From: an uncultured Rhodopirellula sp.
Lineage (GTDB): Bacteria; Planctomycetota; Planctomycetia; Pirellulales; Pirellulaceae
Direction of reading: 5' to 3'
Assembly (NCBI GenBank): GCA_964007735.1
Contig: CAXGAI010000040.1
Span: 1 to 44,416, forward strand
DNA: 44,416 bases
Part shown: piece after piece, positions 30,527 to 39,444 of the stretch
Numbering within the stretch: the first letter of the stretch is position 1
Layout: the number at the start of each line of letters is the position of its first letter
Notes under the pieces: model-generated
What the model was told of the DNA's origin: nothing
Database searches by the model: none
Seen by the model: the letters and a program-made list of their open reading frames with translations, nothing else
Position numbers and translations under genes: made by a program

Positions 30527-31213
30527 TTAAGATGCCTTGACGAGTTTAAGCATCTGTCTTGATTTTTCGGCACTCACCCGCCCCTCTCGCGAGTCTTCAC
30601 AGACAGCTCCACGGACTCCAACGAACTCGGCATTCAGTTGCTTGGCATTATGAATGGACGACTCCGTGAGTGAGCCTGCAAGAACAAAGGTCGCTTTAGG
30701 AGCAAGGCTTTTGAGGTGGCTGAATTTTTCTTGGGAAAGATGGTCAAATAGGTTAGTACCGTCTTTCCTGTATGTGTCAATGAGGAAGGTTTGACAGCCC
30801 TCATTAAGAAGTGATTTGACGATTTCATTTGGGGTGGGGGCTGCAGCAGCTTCGTAATCTGCATAGATAACGCCGACAAGTTCCGTGGTATCTGTAACAA
30901 GCACTCGGATAGCCCGCCAGGCTTGAATCCAATTGAGACCACGTTGATCTGCAAGACCCACTTTTGCGTACTGAGTATTTTTCGGGAGGTCTGCCAATGC
31001 GTTGAGATGCACATCGTTTAGATCTCCCAGAGCCACACTGAGGGCAGTGTTGTCGAGTGGGATTTCTGCTATGTCCAACCAAACTTGTCGACTTGCGGCA
31101 CCGAGCGCGCCGGTATTGGGCTCTTTGATGTCCAGAATGTCAAGGTCCGGGCAGGCCGTGATTACTGTTTCGGCTTCCTGCCGGCTGCGAACACTGATGA
31201 GGAGTCCTGTCAT
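30527..31213 (-). CDS. mfnB: (5-formylfuran-3-yl)methyl phosphate synthase (MfnB/DUF556), methanofuran-type cofactor biosynthesis
   Basis: LLISVRS, DILDIKEPNTGALGA, SVALGD, YAKVG, LIDTYRKDG, LAGSL, VGVRGAVC. Confidence 0.85.
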   Translation of the reverse strand: MTGLLISVRSRQEAETVITACPDLDILDIKEPNTGALGAASRQVWLDIAEIPLDNTALSVALGDLNDVHLNALADLPKNTQYAKVGLADQRGLNWIQAWRAIRVLVTDTTELVGVIYADYEAAAAPTPNEIVKSLLNEGCQTFLIDTYRKDGTNLFDHLSQEKFSHLKSLAPKATFVLAGSLTESSIHNAKQLNAEFVGVRGAVCEDSREGRVSAEKSRQMLKLVKAS

Positions 31214-31788
31214 GCTTTCGGCGTTTCCTTCTGCTGACGATGGGCTGCTACCAGACTCTGATTAAGGAAACGAAACGTCTCTTTATTGAGAGGTTCGGTC
31301 CATGTGCCTCGAACTACGATGTACCCATCTTCCCACGATCCGAAAATTGGTTTGACTTTTCGTTGGTGATATTCTGTTGCTCGTTCAGCCAGGCGGATGA
31401 CGATATTCCGTGATTCTGAAAGCTCTTCACCACGATTGGCCATAGGGTTTGGCATGAAGCTATCGCTTTGTCCCGCGAAAAAGACTTCTACGAGATCGAT
31501 GGGAATCTTAATGACTTGAGGTGGGTTTAGATAGACAAGTAGGTATCCGTTCTGATAGGCCAGTAGAGGTTTGAAAATCCAATACAGCAAAGAAACGATT
31601 ACAACCAAACTAAAACCGGCAAGTGTTGCTGCGATGACTCTTAAGCCAATGTGCACTTCACCCACTGCAGGTGTTAGACAAAACACAGTAGCCGCAAAAA
31701 GTAGAAGCATAGGGAATAGTACGGCGCCAAAGGCACGGCGATTCCCTCGGATCCAAATGTCTCGCTTGCCGGAATGGGGATTAGACAA
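31210..31788 (-). CDS. Hypothetical membrane protein (2 TM plus soluble domain)
   Basis: Two hydrophobic helices near the N-terminus; 4-bp ATGA overlap with mfnB. Confidence 0.7.
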   Translation of the reverse strand: MSNPHSGKRDIWIRGNRRAFGAVLFPMLLLFAATVFCLTPAVGEVHIGLRVIAATLAGFSLVVIVSLLYWIFKPLLAYQNGYLLVYLNPPQVIKIPIDLVEVFFAGQSDSFMPNPMANRGEELSESRNIVIRLAERATEYHQRKVKPIFGSWEDGYIVVRGTWTEPLNKETFRFLNQSLVAAHRQQKETPKA

Positions 31789-32143
31789 TGCTTACGCCTT
31801 GCGTTGTTTGTTTGTGAATGGAGCCGCCGAAGATCAATTTATCACACAAAGACAGCTTGAGATAGAGCCGGAAGAAGGGAGGAGAGAGCAGAGTTTGTGA
31901 TGAACCGAAGGTGGCCCTTGAGAAGGCATTCTAAAAAGGAAGGCTTATCTTTAAAAAATTGGAATCGTATTGTTGACTTACCAAGGCGGCGGTCGGATAT
32001 TGGTTGAATCCTCAGTAATCATCGTTCGTCGATGGTCAGTGAGGAACTCACCGGACGGAAAAGTCTTCGCCTGGTTGGTGTTCCGAAATTTAGCTTTTCT
32101 TACAACTCATCTCACAACCTATTGCACCTACAGGAGCTCCTTC

Positions 32144-32362
32144 GTGCCTAGTTCAATTCTTGATGCAATCAAAATGGGGATCTGGGATTTTGACCCGGAA
32201 GATCAGGAAGTAAATGACGACGAGCAATACGAACCGACGAGTTCATTGCCCGGTTCCGAAGAGAAGCTTGCCATATTGAGCGAACGTATCAATGCAGGTT
32301 TGCCGCTTTGGCATCCACAGGATCGATATACCTACGACGACTCGGCCAAGATTCCTGAGTAA
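32144..32362 (+). CDS. Small acidic conserved planctomycete protein (LPLWHP motif), about 72 aa
   Basis: AGGAG RBS at 32132 then GTG: MPSSILDAIKMGIWDFDPE...PGSEEKLAILSERINAGLPLWHPQD. Confidence 0.7.
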   Translation: MPSSILDAIKMGIWDFDPEDQEVNDDEQYEPTSSLPGSEEKLAILSERINAGLPLWHPQDRYTYDDSAKIPE

Positions 32363-32384
32363 GGTTTCTCTGGGTAACGTAGTT

Positions 32385-33500
32385 TTATCTGTCGGCAGCG
32401 TCGATTGTCAGGATCTCCTTTTCGATTTTAAACGTGAGCATTGCCTTTCCGGCAACAGTCGACAGAAGCTGTTCCAGGCTTAGTTGCTTGGCTTCAATCG
32501 AAACACGTTTGGCCCATAACTGCTGCGCTTGCTCCGAGGCATTGATTTTCAGTTTTTCCTGTTGAGCGATGGCTTGGACAATTGCCTGCACAGGTTGGTT
32601 TTCGACGGTGAGTGTATAGACCTGTCTAGCCGGCGTGGCGGGTTTCGTTGTTGTGGTCGTTCCGGTATTCAAAAGACGTTTTAGCTGGTTTGCTTCCTCC
32701 CATCTCCCCTGCACTGTCAGTTTGTCTGCGTTGTCGTTGATTTTAAGCGTTGGGAATTGTTTGCGTACTCGAGCTAGATTTGAGGGCGAAATCTTACGAT
32801 TGATTGTCGTTTGGTACGTCGCCTGTTGCGGAAAGTCGATCACTTGAAGGGTTGAGTTGTCGGTGAATTGAAATGTTTTCCCGAATCCCGCCAATAGAAT
32901 GGTCGTGCGATATGCAAATGGTAATGCAGGGAGTTCTCCCGAGTCCCAAAGATCAAAGGGGATCTCTTTGGGGTTGGAATATGTCAGCGTTAGCAGGTTT
33001 GCGTCTTCAGTGAGGATGGTGACAGGCTGGGCCGGGCGTTTCCACGAGATTGATGTAGGTCTGAACAATGCGGGTTGTATTGTCATGCGTGCGGTGCGGA
33101 GATTCTGAGCCTGGATTTCGGCAACGGTTGCCAGTAGATTCGTCGTGTCTTGGGGGCCAAGGTAGATGACATTGCGAATAAAACTCAGGTCGGCATTGGC
33201 CAAAAGAGCCAGCCGGCGGAGTGTTTGTTCCAGACTTAGTGCTTCTACTTGCAATTCGATAGATTGCTCAGGATCTATCCGCCGGTCCATAAAAATACAG
33301 ATCCCCAAGTTGGTTCTTAGCGAGCGAACGATATCTCGTAGCGGTTGTTTCCAGGTCGAAGTAACGGGAGCCTTCAGTCGCGTCTCAAATTCTGCTCCCG
33401 AAAGCCATTTCGTAGATTGCCCGGATGATACAGTTGTTATTCCGACAGTCAGTAGGATTGTGGCGACAGTGATATTTCGTATACCGCACGCCCGATTCAT
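32385..33500 (-). CDS. Exported protein with STN/secretin-N0-like repeats
   Basis: Signal peptide; modules QPLRDIVRSL...LSLEQTLRRL and QPVQAIVQAI...LSLEQLLSTV. Confidence 0.6.
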   Translation of the reverse strand: MNRACGIRNITVATILLTVGITTVSSGQSTKWLSGAEFETRLKAPVTSTWKQPLRDIVRSLRTNLGICIFMDRRIDPEQSIELQVEALSLEQTLRRLALLANADLSFIRNVIYLGPQDTTNLLATVAEIQAQNLRTARMTIQPALFRPTSISWKRPAQPVTILTEDANLLTLTYSNPKEIPFDLWDSGELPALPFAYRTTILLAGFGKTFQFTDNSTLQVIDFPQQATYQTTINRKISPSNLARVRKQFPTLKINDNADKLTVQGRWEEANQLKRLLNTGTTTTTKPATPARQVYTLTVENQPVQAIVQAIAQQEKLKINASEQAQQLWAKRVSIEAKQLSLEQLLSTVAGKAMLTFKIEKEILTIDAADR

Positions 33501-33799
33501 ACTAATAACTTTCGTAGTTCTTCGCGCATGGTGTTTTCCATTCTTCCCTTGAACATCATCATCGCAAAGGGGATTTTCCCCCCAACGAGTACGGCATCTT
33601 CAGTAACTTCAAGGACACCCGTGACCTTCATGTTCATTGCGATAAGCTCGAAATTTAGCTTGTTGTCTTCCCATTCTCCCGACCAAGAGGAAACCATGTC
33701 CTGATATTGGTTTTGCACCTGATCCAGAAACGTGCTAACACGTATTTGGGCTTCGGCTTGGCCTAGTGAGTGGTCAACTGCTGTCAAGAAACCGGGCAT
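33497..33799 (-). CDS. Polyhydroxyalkanoic acid system family protein (PHA_gran_rgn-like)
   Basis: HSLGQAEA, WEDNKLNF, VTGVLEVTEDAV, IPFAMMMFKGRME; GGAG-free but 100 aa and overlapping the next gene. Confidence 0.75.
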   Translation of the reverse strand: MPGFLTAVDHSLGQAEAQIRVSTFLDQVQNQYQDMVSSWSGEWEDNKLNFELIAMNMKVTGVLEVTEDAVLVGGKIPFAMMMFKGRMENTMREELRKLLV

Positions 33800-34040
33800 T
33801 GGAGGAGTAACCTTTCAAAGCAAGAGGTAGTTTAATGGCTGTACAGAATTCGCAGAACTAAAATGACTATTTCCTGTTTAACACATAGCTCAGGTATTTG
33901 CGACACTAACTAGCGCTCTTGGGCTTGCTTAACAAACATTGTTATTGGGGATCCTGATAAAACTCGTTATTCTGATAGGCTATTGGTGTGGGGGCCCGTT
34001 CTAAATAACTGATGTTTATCCATCTTTGAATTGAATTCAA

Positions 34041-35057
34041 ATGTTTAAGAAACGAATCTTTGTAATCACCTCAACGCTGTTTTTAGCGTTGGGTGTTGCG
34101 ACATTTGATCAGTGGCGGTGGTCAGTTGGCTCTTATCCGAGTGTTGCAGACACCGAGACAGATCAGTTGGGGTACTGGCTCGCTTTGGTTGACCTTGATT
34201 CGCAGACGGTCTCGATTAGAAGGGCTTTAGTTGATCGCTTACAGGATGAATTGAAACGAGGGTGGCAACCGCTAGATGTTCAGGACGCGAAGGTTGGTCG
34301 TGCCTTAGACAAATATCAGCAGAAGATTACGGACAATATCGAGATCCTGACGCGAGCCTGGTTTTATTACCGCTGCGAACAGTATGGGGAAGTTTCAAAC
34401 GCTTCAAAGCGTTTGGAATTCGTCAGGCCTCAGGTTGATATGGTTTTGGCATGGGCTGATATTTATAGTCAGGTTCAGAATAACGGCCAGGCAGCATCCG
34501 AGAAGAATGCCTTTGAGTTGTTTGACAAACTCGATGGCTGGATTGAAGACGCAGAGCATGATAAGCAAGATGAGTTGAATCTTGGTATGCACCATAGTGT
34601 ACTTTATTGGCTAAGTACTAATAGTATTGATTCGCTCACATTGGAGACACGTCGTGAACTAGCTGAAAGAATTGCGGCGGCTTTGGCTGGCGGGGCTAGT
34701 GATAAGGCGGAGTTGTTAGCGTTAACAGCGGCACATCAATCGCAATTGCAGTCCAATGCATTCTCTTTAGTCGAAGTTTGGTTGTTAAACCGCTCTCTGG
34801 AGTTTGTAAAACTCGAATCAAATCAGCGTGAACCCTATCTGGATGCTCAACTGGAAACTGTGAAAGACTGGGGGTTGGAAAAAATACTGGTCAATGATAC
34901 GGAATCAGCAGCCGGTGGAAGCCAAATGCAGTTGCTCAAACTCATGGGGAATTTGGCGATTTGGTCTGAACGTGCGCCTGCTCAATATCGAGCGTCCTAT
35001 AAACAGCTTACGACGTCTCTTCGGCAATATGCACTTAAGAAAGTGTTGCAATTCTAA
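34041..35057 (+). CDS. Hypothetical membrane-anchored helical protein with internal duplication
   Basis: N-terminal TM helix and two homologous ~145-aa repeats. Confidence 0.7.
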   Translation: MFKKRIFVITSTLFLALGVATFDQWRWSVGSYPSVADTETDQLGYWLALVDLDSQTVSIRRALVDRLQDELKRGWQPLDVQDAKVGRALDKYQQKITDNIEILTRAWFYYRCEQYGEVSNASKRLEFVRPQVDMVLAWADIYSQVQNNGQAASEKNAFELFDKLDGWIEDAEHDKQDELNLGMHHSVLYWLSTNSIDSLTLETRRELAERIAAALAGGASDKAELLALTAAHQSQLQSNAFSLVEVWLLNRSLEFVKLESNQREPYLDAQLETVKDWGLEKILVNDTESAAGGSQMQLLKLMGNLAIWSERAPAQYRASYKQLTTSLRQYALKKVLQF

Positions 35058-35214
35058 TAAGCGACCCGGGCGTTCTCTAACATAGACACTTTAAGGCGTT
35101 ACTAATCCTTAAAGTCTGTTTGTTTGTTTGTTATATTACGAGCTGTTGGAAAGATTTGGCGGCTGATTTGATTGTCGCATTATTTCGTCGTAAACAGTCA
35201 TCAGGGATCTAAAG

Positions 35215-36138
35215 GTGGAAACAGATCGCAGAGCTTCGATCAATGAGATTAGTGCTGAATTTCTTGGGACGCTTGTGCTCATGCTCTTCGGCTTAGGCGT
35301 TAATGCTCAGGTAACGGTAGGTAAAGTTGTCACGTCTGTCGGAGATGGCACGGTCACGACTTATGCCTTTGGTGACTATTTAACTCTCAATATTGGCTGG
35401 GGACTGGCCGTGATGATGGGAGTGTATGTCGCCGGTGGTATTACCGGAGCTCATCTCAATCCTGCGGTGACATTCGCAATGGCATTTCGTAAGAAATTTA
35501 CCTGGGCTAAGGTGCCGGCTTATGTTGCCGCTCAGGTGGTCGCGGCTATCGCAGCTTCGGGCATTGTCTATTTAGTCTACTTCGAACAGATTGAATATGT
35601 GGAGCAGTCAGCCCAAACGCAGGCAATTAAGAATGCACAGGCGTTGCCTGTTGTCACGCAAGAAGGATTAGAGATTCAGGTTGAAGTCATGGATGGACGT
35701 CGCACGATGGCAACCGCCGGAATCTTCGCAACATATCCGCGGGAGTTTGATGATCATAACCGGGTTACCAACTGGACTGGTTTGTTGGATCAGTTTGTAG
35801 GTACAGCGTTGTTGCTGCTGGTGATCTGTGCTGTGGTTGATAAGAAGAATGCCGGCCCGGACCTTAGTCTGGCACCGATCGCCATTGGAGCCATTGTAAT
35901 GATTATTGGGATGGCATTTGGCGCGAACTGCGGCTACGCGGTTAATCCCGCTCGTGATTTTGGTCCCCGCCTGTTTACTTGTTTGGCCGGCTGGGGGTCG
36001 CTCGTTTTTTTAGAACCGGATAACTTCTGGTATTTAGTGCCGATCATTGGTCCAGTATTAGGCGGTGTCGCAGGTGTTGTGACTTATGACCAACTCATTA
36101 CGCGTTTTCATTCGGATGAAGATGAAGATGGGAATTGA
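35215..36138 (+). CDS. glpF: Glycerol uptake facilitator (aquaglyceroporin)
   Basis: GAHLNPAVT and GYAVNPARDFGPR; AGIFATYP; adjacent to glpK. Confidence 0.93.
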   Translation: METDRRASINEISAEFLGTLVLMLFGLGVNAQVTVGKVVTSVGDGTVTTYAFGDYLTLNIGWGLAVMMGVYVAGGITGAHLNPAVTFAMAFRKKFTWAKVPAYVAAQVVAAIAASGIVYLVYFEQIEYVEQSAQTQAIKNAQALPVVTQEGLEIQVEVMDGRRTMATAGIFATYPREFDDHNRVTNWTGLLDQFVGTALLLLVICAVVDKKNAGPDLSLAPIAIGAIVMIIGMAFGANCGYAVNPARDFGPRLFTCLAGWGSLVFLEPDNFWYLVPIIGPVLGGVAGVVTYDQLITRFHSDEDEDGN

Positions 36139-36170
36139 TGGCAACCGGCCTTCTTTGCGGGAATCTTGTT

Positions 36171-37661
36171 ATGTCTGAATTTGTTTTAGCGCTTGATCAG
36201 GGAACGACATCGTGTCGGTCGATTTTATTTCGTCAGGACGGTTCGGCTGTCGCAGTGGCGCAGCAGGAATTTGAACAGATTCTGCCTGTACCCGGGCACG
36301 TCGAACATGATGCCAATGAAATTTGGGAAACACAGCTTTTCACGGCTCGGCAAGTCTTGGCAGATGCGAATGTTGCCTTGAAAGATGTCAGGGCAATTGG
36401 AATTACAAATCAGCGTGAGACTACAGTGATCTGGGATCGAGCGACTGGCCAGCCGGTGCAGAATGCCATTGTCTGGCAGAGCCGAATCACCAGCGATATT
36501 TGTAAAGAAATTGAGAGTCAGGGGTACGCGGAACTAATCCAACAGAAGACCGGCTTGATTTTAGATGCTTATTTCTCGGCTAGTAAGATAAAGTATATTT
36601 TGGACCGAGACCCGCTCTTGCGTCAGCGTGCCGAGGCCGGTGAATTGTGCTTTGGTACGATCGATAGCTTTTTGATTTGGAAACTTACCGGAGGCAGGCA
36701 GCATGTCACGGATTATTCCAACGCATCACGCACTTTGCTATTTAATATCCACGACTTAATCTGGGATGATGAGTTACTGGAGCTGTTTGATGTACCCGCA
36801 GCGGTGTTGCCGGAAGTGGTGGATTCCAGCGGAGTGGTAGGAGTAACGTCTGCAGATTTGTTGGGAGCAGAGATTCCAGTGGCTGGAATTGCTGGTGATC
36901 AACAAGCAGCTACTTTTGGGCAAGCCTGTTTTCAAGTTGGGGATGTCAAGAATACCTATGGAACTGGCAGCTTTATCTTAATGAATACCGGCACTCAGGC
37001 AGTTGGCAGTCAAAACCGCTTACTGACGACGATTGGCTGGGGAATTAATGGGGAAGTAACCTACTGTCTGGAAGGCGCGGTATTTATTGCTGGTGCTGTC
37101 GTGCAGTGGTTGCGTGATGGTCTTAAAATTATCTCCAGTTCTTCCGAGATTGAGTCCTTGGTTAGTCAAGTGGACGATTCAGGAGGGGTTGAAGTAGTTC
37201 CCGCCTTTGTAGGCTTGGGTGCTCCTCATTGGGATCCCGGCGCTCGAGGATCGATTTTTGGAATTACTCGTGGTACGACAGATGCCCATATTGCTAGAGC
37301 CGCATTGGATGCGATTGCTTTGCAAACCTGTGATGTGGTGGATGCGATGGTCAGTGATTTAGGTGAGCCTTTAGGAACGCTGAAGGTGGACGGTGGTGCT
37401 AGTGTGAATGATGGCTTGATGCAGTTTCAGGCCGATATGTTAGATGTCGTTGTTCGTAGGCCTGTTGTTGCCGAGACCACCGCGTTAGGCGCAGCGTATC
37501 TCGCTGGATTGGCTGTAGGCGTCTGGGATAGCCTGGAGGATATCGCATCAAACTGGGTGCTGGATAAGGAGTTTGACTCCACTTGTTCAGAGGAGGTTCG
37601 TAAGCAGCGACAGGCACGTTGGCAGAAAGCGGTAGCCCGCTCTTTGCAATGGGATGTTTGA
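36171..37661 (+). CDS. glpK: Glycerol kinase
   Basis: LALDQGTTSCR, GITNQRETT, TDYSNASRT, AGDQQAA, KNTYGTG, ETTALGAAYLAG. Confidence 0.97.
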   Translation: MSEFVLALDQGTTSCRSILFRQDGSAVAVAQQEFEQILPVPGHVEHDANEIWETQLFTARQVLADANVALKDVRAIGITNQRETTVIWDRATGQPVQNAIVWQSRITSDICKEIESQGYAELIQQKTGLILDAYFSASKIKYILDRDPLLRQRAEAGELCFGTIDSFLIWKLTGGRQHVTDYSNASRTLLFNIHDLIWDDELLELFDVPAAVLPEVVDSSGVVGVTSADLLGAEIPVAGIAGDQQAATFGQACFQVGDVKNTYGTGSFILMNTGTQAVGSQNRLLTTIGWGINGEVTYCLEGAVFIAGAVVQWLRDGLKIISSSSEIESLVSQVDDSGGVEVVPAFVGLGAPHWDPGARGSIFGITRGTTDAHIARAALDAIALQTCDVVDAMVSDLGEPLGTLKVDGGASVNDGLMQFQADMLDVVVRRPVVAETTALGAAYLAGLAVGVWDSLEDIASNWVLDKEFDSTCSEEVRKQRQARWQKAVARSLQWDV

Positions 37662-37678
37662 AACAAAAAGAGGAATTT

Positions 37679-37981
37679 TTGGTACCTTCCGAAATTAATC
37701 GACATGATGAACAATTATGTCTTCAGTTTGTGTGGCCCGACGGCGTGGATGTCATGATCCCCTACCGAGTGGTTCGGTTAGCTTGTCCCTGTGCCCATTG
37801 CGTTGACGAATGGACAGGAAAGCCATTGTTGGATCCAGATACAGTCCCGGAAGATATTGCTATCGAAAGTATGGAACTCAGGGGTAACTACGCCTTAAAG
37901 ATCAGTTGGACCGATGGCCATGATACGGGTTTGTATACATGGGCTCGTTTAAGCTCGATTACGCGTTCTGATCAGCCATAG
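37679..37981 (+). CDS. DUF971 (GBBH-like N-terminal) metal-binding protein
   Basis: RLACPCAHC, GNYALKISWTDGHDTGLYTW. TTG 37679 follows a GAGGA RBS. Confidence 0.88.
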   Translation: MVPSEINRHDEQLCLQFVWPDGVDVMIPYRVVRLACPCAHCVDEWTGKPLLDPDTVPEDIAIESMELRGNYALKISWTDGHDTGLYTWARLSSITRSDQP

Positions 37982-37983
37982 GT

Positions 37984-39246
37984 TCATCGAGTGCGTTGCA
38001 TAGCAGCGCCGGCGTGATTGGCATAGCGGTCCGGGGCAGTCCAGAATTGCTGTAGAGAATGCTTGCTGTTGAATAGGTAAACCTGTCCTTTGTAGGAAAC
38101 GCCCAACTCACGTATTCCGTCAACGAGCTTTCGTTGGTCAGTAAAAATTACGGGATCGTAACCTGAGATGACAGGGGCTAGTCGTTCCGGGTATTTTTTG
38201 AAGATATCAAGTTGGTGTTGTCCGGCGAATAGATAAATCCGTCCACGGTGGATAATTCCAAACTGAGGGTCACCCTTTACCCATTGGGCTCCACCGTTAT
38301 TGAGATCGGAAAGTGAGACTGGACAGTAACCGTCGAGACCAAGCTTAGGTTGGTTCTGCCGCGGGATTTGAACGTTTGGCGGGTATAGTTGCTTTTCACT
38401 GGGCGGCTGGTGAATCTGTTGTGTAGGCTGGGTTTGTAAGGCGGGTTGTTGTGGATAAGCTGGCGGTAATGCCTGACGGGTTTGTGGTATCGGAACTTGT
38501 TGGGAATTTTGGGGAGGAACGTAGTTGTTCTCTGACTGACTTTGGTATTGTGGTGATGTTCGGTGTGCCTGAGATTGGTACTGAGGAGGATATTGTGGTT
38601 GTTGTTGAGTCAACTGCGGATAATTAGCAGGTGCTACAGCAGGGGTTATCGGCTGCGATGTGTTAAAGTCCACGGTGTCGACTTCGAAGCCAACGTCGAT
38701 ATCGAGTGTCTCTTCTTGTTTATTACTGACGGCTCCGAATGTTGCCAGTTTAGTGGCATAGCTCGCGGCATTTGGTTCAGTGATACCTCGGTAAACTAGT
38801 TCACCTTCCGCATCGAGAATGATATCTGTGGGGGTTTGAGTGATTTTGAACTTCTTTCCGAGTTCTGGCTTAGCCAAAACGTTGATTCGTACTGGAACGA
38901 AGTCATTGTAGATTACCTGAATGAATTCGGGATGCTGGAAAGTGGTTTGATTGACATGCAGGCTTCCCCGACAGTTGGGTTGTTCGAAGTGTACCAGGAT
39001 CGGTCGACCTGTTTGCAGTGAAAGCTCCGTTGCGTGTTCCAGATCTCCCAGCCAAAGAATGCTATGGGGTTTTGCCTGAACGTCTGTTATCTGAGAGGGT
39101 TCCGTGAAACTGGCAGCCTTGAGGTCAGGCCTCACGGAACTCTGATATGTGGTATTTAGAATTGGTTCACTGGCCTGCCCCAGGAGCACTCCGTTTAAGA
39201 CAAATAGCATCGATATGGCAAAAAGTTTGTTAGCAGACACAGTCAT
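37984..39246 (-). CDS. Exported thioredoxin-like + Q/P-rich linker + tandem YHS-like domain protein
   Basis: Signal peptide, GRPILVHFEQPNCRGS...TPTDIILD, GLDGYCPVSL...YLFAG, SGYDPV...YLFNS...PDRY. Confidence 0.75.
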   Translation of the reverse strand: MTVSANKLFAISMLFVLNGVLLGQASEPILNTTYQSSVRPDLKAASFTEPSQITDVQAKPHSILWLGDLEHATELSLQTGRPILVHFEQPNCRGSLHVNQTTFQHPEFIQVIYNDFVPVRINVLAKPELGKKFKITQTPTDIILDAEGELVYRGITEPNAASYATKLATFGAVSNKQEETLDIDVGFEVDTVDFNTSQPITPAVAPANYPQLTQQQPQYPPQYQSQAHRTSPQYQSQSENNYVPPQNSQQVPIPQTRQALPPAYPQQPALQTQPTQQIHQPPSEKQLYPPNVQIPRQNQPKLGLDGYCPVSLSDLNNGGAQWVKGDPQFGIIHRGRIYLFAGQHQLDIFKKYPERLAPVISGYDPVIFTDQRKLVDGIRELGVSYKGQVYLFNSKHSLQQFWTAPDRYANHAGAAMQRTR

Positions 39247-39416
39247 TCTTCTTAGTACTTTCTCAACGAACGTCTTTCCAGAGCCACACATCTGGCACGG
39301 TTATTAGGAACTATCGGAATAGCGTAATGTTAAAATGTATGAAAAATTCGGATTTTGCGGCCAAAGCCTGTGGATGAGATTTCAGCAGCACAACAGCCAA
39401 AAAAATCAAGGTCATG

Positions 39417-39444
39417 TTGACATGCGGGGTGTTTTAGGTAAATT
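39417..39444 (+). promoter_or_regulatory. Candidate sigma70 promoter upstream of rho
   Basis: TTGACA (39417-39422), 16-bp spacer, TAAATT (39439-39444). Confidence 0.4.

Noticed and set aside
31970..32143. Extended N-terminus of the 130-aa ORF
   Set aside because: A good AGGAG-GTG start lies at 32144, and the upstream part looks like promoter plus structured leader.
37984..38350. Selenoprotein recoding in the YHS-like domains
   Set aside because: No in-frame TGA; Cys and Asp are encoded normally.
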